32,000 bases of DNA from positions 6,563 to 38,562 of the forward strand of contig JAUWKS010000030.1 in assembly GCA_030614005.1 (NCBI GenBank), written 5' to 3'. The notes under the pieces were generated by a model. That model searched no databases. It saw nothing but the letters and a program-made list of their open reading frames with translations, and was not told the DNA's origin. Within the stretch, counting starts at the first letter, position 1. Every line of letters starts with the position of its first letter. The stretch is from Candidatus Heimdallarchaeota archaeon (GTDB taxonomy: Archaea > Asgardarchaeota > Heimdallarchaeia > JABLTI01). Position numbers and translations under genes: made by a program. Shown one piece after another: positions 25,716 through 32,000 of this stretch.

Positions 25716-26399
25716 TTAGAAATCGTCTTCTTCTGATGGTGGCTTTCTGCAACCTGTAGCTACAGATGAAAATTCAATTATTTTCCATTGGCCATTTTTG
25801 TTTTTACCCACTTGAATAGGAGTTGGATTATCTTTCCCTCCGCTTTGAATAAAGAGCTTGCCGTATTTACCATCTGAATTAAACGTAAGCAGTGACATTG
25901 TAAGTTTCTTTTCATTAAATTTGTAATCCGCTTTATAATTTGCACCAAGATAGGATTTTACTATATTGATATCTTCTGCCATATGCTTGAACAAATAACG
26001 ATTTGTCTTTCCAAGTTTGAGACCAGTGGGTGTCGAGGCATCCTTTTGATTGTGTTTCTTTGATAAAACAACAGTAGCCATAGGATCACCAATTTCTGGA
26101 TTCAAACAATAATTATAAGCAGCAATTAGTAAATGAAATACCGATTGTGCAGGATTAGATGCTGTTTTCTCCCAACTTTTCTGGAATTTTTCAAAATCAG
26201 TTATCATAGTACCAGTAATTTTTTTAGACACTTTCATATCACCATATTGTTCTGCAGAAGCTCTATCCGCATTTTCCTGAGCTTCACGTTCAGCTTTACT
26301 TACAACCTTTCTTGCTTCTCTTTCTGCTGCATCTTCTGCAGCATCACTTGCTACTTTTTTAATAGCTCTCGAAGCTTTTCTACGCATCTTGTCAAACAT
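25716..26399 (-). CDS. DUF6935-like protein with charged helical N-terminal extension
   Basis: KSYLGA, SGGKDNPTPIQV, GQWKIIEFSSVATGCRKP resemble DUF6935 as recalled; not verified by search. Confidence 0.65.
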   Translation of the reverse strand: MFDKMRRKASRAIKKVASDAAEDAAEREARKVVSKAEREAQENADRASAEQYGDMKVSKKITGTMITDFEKFQKSWEKTASNPAQSVFHLLIAAYNYCLNPEIGDPMATVVLSKKHNQKDASTPTGLKLGKTNRYLFKHMAEDINIVKSYLGANYKADYKFNEKKLTMSLLTFNSDGKYGKLFIQSGGKDNPTPIQVGKNKNGQWKIIEFSSVATGCRKPPSEEDDF

Positions 26400-26519
26400 T
26401 TATACCACATCTTTATAAAAAAAATAGAGTTTTAACGTTAGACTCCATATTTCTAACGATAAAGTAGCTCCACTCAAATTATATTTCTTTCTATTTAAGA
26501 TTTATAAGGAATAGGAGAC

Positions 26520-28067
26520 TTATTTGATGTTTGCTAATTCATCGTAGAGATTGTTTTGTTTTATTGTTGTATATAGCTTTTTGTAAACGTTGTAATATTT
26601 TTGGTATTTCTCTGAATTTTCACTGATTGGTTTTCGCTTTTCTTCAATGATTACCATCTCTTCTGCTGCAGTTTCAATGTTTTTGTATAATCCTCCACCC
26701 ACTCCAGCTAAAATTGCTGCTCCCAAAGCAGTTGCTTCTTCTACTTTTCCTTTGATAACAGATACATTGCATATATCTGCTTCAATTTGATTCCATATAG
26801 TATTTCTTGAAGCTCCACCAGTAATTCTTAGTTCATCAATTACAACGCCAAGCTCTTTCATAACTTGCAGATTAGTTTTTATTTCATAACAAGTAGCTTC
26901 CATAATTGCACGAATAATATGACTTCTTTTGTGACCTAAACTTAAACCAAAAATCAATCCTTTTGCTTTGGGATCCCAATGAGGTGCACCTGCTCCAGTA
27001 AAGTGTGGTAATACCATTACTCCTTCTGAACCCGGAGAAATTGATTCTGCTTGCATGCCTAATAAATCGTATGAGTCTAAATTGAGATTTGGGGCGAGAC
27101 TTTTTTCTGCAGAAGAGAAATTATCTCTAAACCACCTTAAAATCGAACCTGTTGTGAAGATACTTGCTTCGTAAACATATTTACCTGGAATTGTATGACA
27201 ACTACATAAGACTCTTCTTTTTGGATCTCGTGTGCTTTCATCCAAAAATGCAAGAAGAAATGTCCCGGTACCAGTAGTAGCTTTTACTCTCCCTTGTTTT
27301 ATAACACCAACACCTAAAGCTGCACATTGTTGATCACCGCCTCCGGCAATAATTGGTAAACCAACAGGCAAATCGGTTTCATCAGCTGCTTTCTTTGTCA
27401 ACCCTCCTACTTTCGTTCCAGATGGTATTGGTTTTGGAAGTTTTTCTTTTGGAATAGCTAAAGCGTTTAAAATTTCATCAGACCAAACTAATTTATTTAT
27501 ATCAAAAAGCATAGTTCGTGATGCATTGCTAAAATCAGTAATACATTCGCTTGTTAGTTTCATTTGAACGTAATCGTGAACTAACAAGTATTTATGAGTC
27601 TTTTGAGAAATTTTAGGGAGATGTTTTTGTATCCATAATATCTTTGGTGCAGAGAAATAGGGGTCAACCGTTAAGCCTGTAATTTCATAAATCTTTTCCG
27701 TACCTATTTTCTCTTCAATCGTTTTGCATTCATCTATTGTTCTCCTATCTTGCCATACAATTGCTCGAGATAGGGAATTTCCTTCAGCATCTATTGGTAC
27801 AATTGTCTCCCTCTGATTAGTTACACTTGCACTAATAATATTTGACTTTTTAATTTTTGATTTGACAAGTACTTCCTTAATAGTATTTTTTGTTACTAAC
27901 CACCAATCCTCGGCATTTTGTTCCACTTCATTTGGAGTTGGAAAAAAGCAATCGTATTCTTGATATGCGCTTTCAATAATTTCTCCTTTCTGATTAAAGA
28001 GAATTGATCTTCCTCCAGTTGTTCCTATATCAATGCTTAAGAGAAATTGGTCTGTTTTTTTACTCAC
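26520..28067 (-). CDS. xylB: FGGY-family carbohydrate kinase, xylulokinase-like
   Basis: SIDIGTTG, TNQRET, IVWQDRR, TDFSNASRTMLFD, GGGDQQ, TTGTG, ITGGASRN, EATALGAA; GGTGA SD before GTG. Substrate cannot be determined from sequence. Confidence 0.88.
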   Translation of the reverse strand: MSKKTDQFLLSIDIGTTGGRSILFNQKGEIIESAYQEYDCFFPTPNEVEQNAEDWWLVTKNTIKEVLVKSKIKKSNIISASVTNQRETIVPIDAEGNSLSRAIVWQDRRTIDECKTIEEKIGTEKIYEITGLTVDPYFSAPKILWIQKHLPKISQKTHKYLLVHDYVQMKLTSECITDFSNASRTMLFDINKLVWSDEILNALAIPKEKLPKPIPSGTKVGGLTKKAADETDLPVGLPIIAGGGDQQCAALGVGVIKQGRVKATTGTGTFLLAFLDESTRDPKRRVLCSCHTIPGKYVYEASIFTTGSILRWFRDNFSSAEKSLAPNLNLDSYDLLGMQAESISPGSEGVMVLPHFTGAGAPHWDPKAKGLIFGLSLGHKRSHIIRAIMEATCYEIKTNLQVMKELGVVIDELRITGGASRNTIWNQIEADICNVSVIKGKVEEATALGAAILAGVGGGLYKNIETAAEEMVIIEEKRKPISENSEKYQKYYNVYKKLYTTIKQNNLYDELANIK

Positions 28068-28141
28068 TTTTTGTCACCATTTTACTGAACATCTTTGCAA
28101 TTATTTTGTTTTTATCGCATAAGTTTCTTACTATAAAAGAT

Positions 28142-28918
28142 TCAATTTTTCTTCGCTAATATGAAAAAACGCTCGCTTGTTGTTTCAAAGTAACCTTTCT
28201 TTTCAATTTCATAATGCATTGCTTTCAATTTATTGAAATATTTATCAACTGTGAAATCAGGCAGCTGCCAAGGAATGGCTTTAAAATAATAGATGATTGC
28301 ACCAATATCATAACTTTTCGTTTTTGGTGAATTTTCCTCTTCTTGAAGAATTGTCAACCCAACATCTCTTAAATCTTTTACAGCACATTTTAGATCCCAG
28401 TCTGGAGACTGAGAATCAATATCTATTGGTGCTTCCAGGAATGCATTAAACTCCAAATCATTCTTTCCACCAACTTGCTGAGTAATAAATAGGCCTCCTT
28501 TCTTTAAGATTCTAAACACCTCATAAGGTGAATAGTATTCGTGCCTATTGATTATTAAATCGAATTTTTCATCTTCAAACGGAAGCTTTTCATCGCTTTC
28601 ATTTATTTCTACAACTTTCACACCTATTGGTTCAAGTTTCTTCCGAGCTATTGGGACATTTGGTTTATACGCTTCTGTAGCAAACGTCACCTTAGGCAAA
28701 GGCTGTAATGAGTATAATAATTCCCCTCCACCGGTTCCCATGTCAAGTAATGAGTCTGAAGATCGAATTAAAGGAATAACTCTACTTCGATAACTCCAAG
28801 TAAGTGGCTCCATTACCATGCGATCCTCAATAAAAGAAAAATCCCAACCAGAAAAGTGATGTTTAGCATCATCTAGAAATAGGTAAAATAGTTCTTCAGA
28901 GGTAAAATTTTCATTCAT
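28142..28918 (-). CDS. Class I SAM-dependent methyltransferase
   Basis: LLDMGTGGGE motif I, FDLIINRH, GGLFITQQVG. Confidence 0.92.
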   Translation of the reverse strand: MNENFTSEELFYLFLDDAKHHFSGWDFSFIEDRMVMEPLTWSYRSRVIPLIRSSDSLLDMGTGGGELLYSLQPLPKVTFATEAYKPNVPIARKKLEPIGVKVVEINESDEKLPFEDEKFDLIINRHEYYSPYEVFRILKKGGLFITQQVGGKNDLEFNAFLEAPIDIDSQSPDWDLKCAVKDLRDVGLTILQEEENSPKTKSYDIGAIIYYFKAIPWQLPDFTVDKYFNKLKAMHYEIEKKGYFETTSERFFILAKKN

Positions 28919-29085
28919 TTTAATTCATTTCCCAAAGAATAATCTTATATCTCTATCTTTTATTGTTTTCTAGAAGTTAAATATACCAGAGAGCTATGCT
29001 TTGTTACTTTACGGATATGCGCTATCCGCAAGGTTCAAAATATAATGTGTCTCATATGTATTAGGATTTACAAACTTAGCAGTGG

Positions 29086-30108
29086 ATGGTTTTAAAATTG
29101 AAGATATTCTTTGACGAAACACAAAAAGAAAGGGGAAAAATAAATACTAATTATTCTATCCTTCGAGATTCTTTAAGGAATGAAGGATTTCAGATTGAAG
29201 TGTATGACGACTTTCCAATTTCAGAGAAATCGTTGAAATGTGATGTATTTGTTTTTGCTTGCCCAGATGGGTCAAAATTAGCGAAAAATGAAATTGATGC
29301 TTTAACCAATTTTGTTGAAAGAGGAGGAGGATTGCTTGTTATTAGCAATGCAGGTGGAGATCGTGGATTAAGGACAAATATGAATGAAGTTTTGAATAGA
29401 TTTGGTATTGAAGTGTTATCAGACCAAGTTAAAGATGAAACTAACAATGAATTCAATATGCCTACTCATCCAGTAATTAAAGATATAAAAAACCACCCGA
29501 TTTGCACTGGGGTATCAGAAGTAGTAGTTGTTGCGGGAAGTTCTATTAGAGGTTCTTCAAATATGAAAGGTTTAGCTTATACATCTCCCACAGCGGAACC
29601 ACCTAATGTACCAATAATTGTTGCTGGAAACTTTAAAAGTGGAAGAGTGGTTGCTGTTGGTTCATACCGATTATTTTCTAATTATGGAGCAGGATTATCT
29701 CTCCGAAATAACAAAACATTTGCTATGAATATTTTTAGATGGTTAGCAGGCGAGTCAACTGGTAAAGGTGCAGCAGTAGCAGCTTCTACTCAAACACCTC
29801 CACCACCACCTACCTCTCAACAAGTTAGTGCAATTGTTCCACCAAAACAAAAATCCACAGACGCTTCAACTAAACCATCACCTATTCCACCCACACCTAT
29901 TAGTTCAGCAACAAGAACTTCCACAAATGCAGCTACAGGACCGGTAAATAATCAAGCAGTAATTCAAGAAATAGAAGGACTGAGAGCCGAAATATCTGAG
30001 ATGCGAGATATTATTGCGCGATTATATTCTGATTCCCTTGGCTATCTTCAAGAGATGAAAGAAGAAGTAAGGTCAATGCTCGATTATATTCGTACTAAAG
30101 AAGGGTAA
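29086..30108 (+). CDS. Cytoplasmic GIFT/GldG/IFT52-like domain protein with Pro/Thr-rich linker and C-terminal coiled coil
   Basis: IFFDETQKE, FVERGGGLLVI, TNMNEVLNRFGIEV, GRVVAVGSYRLFSN, NIFRWL; no signal peptide or TM. Confidence 0.8.
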   Translation: MVLKLKIFFDETQKERGKINTNYSILRDSLRNEGFQIEVYDDFPISEKSLKCDVFVFACPDGSKLAKNEIDALTNFVERGGGLLVISNAGGDRGLRTNMNEVLNRFGIEVLSDQVKDETNNEFNMPTHPVIKDIKNHPICTGVSEVVVVAGSSIRGSSNMKGLAYTSPTAEPPNVPIIVAGNFKSGRVVAVGSYRLFSNYGAGLSLRNNKTFAMNIFRWLAGESTGKGAAVAASTQTPPPPPTSQQVSAIVPPKQKSTDASTKPSPIPPTPISSATRTSTNAATGPVNNQAVIQEIEGLRAEISEMRDIIARLYSDSLGYLQEMKEEVRSMLDYIRTKEG

Positions 30109-30233
30109 TATTTCCCTTTCTTTTGTTTTCTTTCTATTTTTCAATTATAGCTTTAAATTTAAAACATTACATTATTAATGCAGATGTGTATTAAGCAATA
30201 ATACGAACGAATTCAAAATTGACGGTTTAGATC

Positions 30234-32000
30234 ATGAAATACTCCATTTTGTCTAACATATTCAAGAAGCTTGATTCAACCACAAAAAGATTGGAAATGA
30301 TTGAAATATTGATTGAATTATTTGATATTACACCAATCGAAGATTTCCGTCAAGTTATTTACCTAACCTCTGGAAAAATCGGTGCAGATTTTAAAGATCT
30401 TGATTTTGGTTTTGCTGATAAAATGGTTATAAAAGCAATTGCAAAAGCTGTAGGTAAGCCAGTAAATCAAGTTTCAGAGTTATATAAGCAAAAAGGAGAT
30501 TTGGGAGAAGTTGCAGAGTTATTAATTGAAAAAACAGGACAACAACATCTTGGAGCCTTCTTTCAAACATCAGCTTCGGAAGAGAAAAAGTCTCTTACAA
30601 TAGAAGACGTTTGGGACAATTTACATAAAATCGTGAAAATCGAAGGAAAGGGTTCCACCGATAAAAAAACAAATATTTTGTTGGGTATTTTTTCAGAAGC
30701 ATCACCAAATGAAGCTAAATATATTACTAGAACAATTCTAACTCAACTCAGATTAGGAGTAAAAGATCTTACCATCATTGAGGCATTAGCAAGAAAATTT
30801 GGTGATGGAAAAGAAGCTCGAGTTAAGATTGAACGAGCTTATAACGTTACAAGTGATATTGGTGAAGTAGGGGAAATTCTTGTTCGGTATGGGATGAAAG
30901 GTATTGAAAATGTTACCATCCAAGTTGGTCGTCCAATTAGAATGATGGCTGCTCAAAGAATGGCTTCTATTGAAGAAATATTAGAAAAACTTGGTGGGGA
31001 ATGTGCTCTTGAATTTAAATATGATGGAGAAAGAGTACAAGGACACATCCTTAATGATGATGTTTCTCTTTATTCCAGAAATTTGAATGAAATTTCCAAT
31101 ATGTATCCTGATGTAAAAGAGGCATTAAAGAGCAGCCTCAAATCTAAAGATATCATTGTTGAAGGAGAAATCACAGCTTGGGATCCAGTTGGAGAAAAAT
31201 TAAAACCGTTTCAAATTTTAATGTCAAGGAAACGAAAACACGGTATTGAAGAAGCAGTTCAGTCTATACCGGTAAAAGTTTTCCTTTTTGATATTCTCTA
31301 TATAGATGGAGAGAGTTTGTTAGAAAAATCTTACCCTCAGCGAAGGAAAATACTTGAATCGATAATTTCGGATAACGAAATCATTGTCCTATCTTCGAGA
31401 AAAATTGTCTCAACACCAGAATCATTCGAAGAATATTTCGAAAAAGCAATCGAAAATGGTTGCGAGGGAATTATGGCAAAAGACACTCGAGAGGAAACAC
31501 AATATCAAGCAGGGAGCAGAGGATTCCTTTGGATAAAGCATAAATTTGACTATTCAGAATCTTTTGCCGATAGTTATGATTTTGTTGTAGTGGGAGGATT
31601 TTACGGGAAGGGAAGAAGGAAAGGTACTTTAGGAACTTTGTTGATGGCTGCATTTAATTCCGAAGAAGAACGTTTTGAAACTGTTTGTAAATTAGGCTCT
31701 GGTTTCTCAGATGAAGACTTGGCTAAAGTCACTGAAGAATTAATGAAATTAAAAATTGATCAAAGACCTAAGGATGTCATTTCAAAAATGATACCTGATG
31801 TTTGGATTCAACCTACTAAAGTTTACGAAATTCAGGGTGCAGATCTCTCTACAAGTCCTATTCATACTTGTGCTTTGGATGAAATAAAGAAAGATACAGG
31901 TATTGCAATTCGGTTTCCAAGATTTATTAGATTTAGGGATGATAAAAATCCCGAACAAACAACTACAACTAGTGAGATAATTGCAGCATATAAAAATCAA
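30234..32000 (+). CDS. lig: ATP-dependent DNA ligase, archaeal type; runs off the window end
   Basis: Not in the ORF track. Manual translation: MKYSILSNIFKKLDSTTKRLEM..., motif I EFKYDGER (Lys at 31017-31019), EGEI, FDILY, EGIMAK, WIKHK, RFPRF. Confidence 0.97.
   Translation, partial: MKYSILSNIFKKLDSTTKRLEMIEILIELFDITPIEDFRQVIYLTSGKIGADFKDLDFGFADKMVIKAIAKAVGKPVNQVSELYKQKGDLGEVAELLIEKTGQQHLGAFFQTSASEEKKSLTIEDVWDNLHKIVKIEGKGSTDKKTNILLGIFSEASPNEAKYITRTILTQLRLGVKDLTIIEALARKFGDGKEARVKIERAYNVTSDIGEVGEILVRYGMKGIENVTIQVGRPIRMMAAQRMASIEEILEKLGGECALEFKYDGERVQGHILNDDVSLYSRNLNEISNMYPDVKEALKSSLKSKDIIVEGEITAWDPVGEKLKPFQILMSRKRKHGIEEAVQSIPVKVFLFDILYIDGESLLEKSYPQRRKILESIISDNEIIVLSSRKIVSTPESFEEYFEKAIENGCEGIMAKDTREETQYQAGSRGFLWIKHKFDYSESFADSYDFVVVGGFYGKGRRKGTLGTLLMAAFNSEEERFETVCKLGSGFSDEDLAKVTEELMKLKIDQRPKDVISKMIPDVWIQPTKVYEIQGADLSTSPIHTCALDEIKKDTGIAIRFPRFIRFRDDKNPEQTTTTSEIIAAYKNQ

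Noticed and set aside
23745-28067. Pentose-catabolism cluster (aldolase plus FGGY kinase)
   Set aside because: The genes are on opposite strands and separated by unrelated genes; no isomerase, dehydratase or transporter in the window
676-31653. Numerous 60-125 aa ORF-track entries antisense to or nested in long genes (e.g. 3716..4045, 16453..16824, 22348..22590, 31471..31653)
   Set aside because: Shadow ORFs of well-supported genes, with no motifs or independent SD/promoter evidence
5425-32000. DNA-repair cluster (nfi, EndoIII-like, lig)
   Set aside because: The genes are 10-14 kb apart with no shared operon or regulatory motif seen
1-32000. CRISPR array, IS element or rRNA
   Set aside because: No regularly spaced direct repeats, terminal inverted repeats with a transposase, or rRNA-like sequence found by eye

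Overview
AT-rich archaeal chromosomal window. Evidence: archaeal-type ATP-dependent DNA ligase, TATA-like promoters, GGTGA/GGAGG ribosome-binding sites and an archaeal-style tRNA-Ser. The gene content suggests an Asgard (Heimdallarchaeia-like) genome, but that is an inference, not established. Left to right: truncated TldD-family gene; three tandem small zinc-ribbon genes; a fluoride (crcB) riboswitch ahead of a frameshifted crcB/fluC; a membrane-anchored FG-GAP-like beta-propeller/Ca-repeat protein; tRNA-Ser(GCT); endonuclease V; a ~9 kb co-directional minus-strand block (DUF4129 surface protein, DUF4350, MoxR AAA+, DUF58, multi-pass membrane protein, ParM/StbA-like actin-fold protein); an operator-flanked unit with a 29-aa leader ORF, a coiled-coil ArsR-type wHTH protein and an unknown partner; metabolic/repair genes (nitroreductase, EndoIII-like, MBL-fold, AbrB-ACT, PepD, divergent DHDPS-family aldolase, alpha/beta hydrolase, DUF6935-like, FGGY kinase, methyltransferase); a cytoplasmic IFT52-like GIFT-domain protein; and DNA ligase running off the end. 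No integrase, transposase or CRISPR array was seen. Best candidates for something new: the MoxR membrane cassette plus atypical actin-fold protein, the IFT52-like protein, and the operator/leader-ORF/ArsR module. All family calls come from motif recognition by eye, with no database search.
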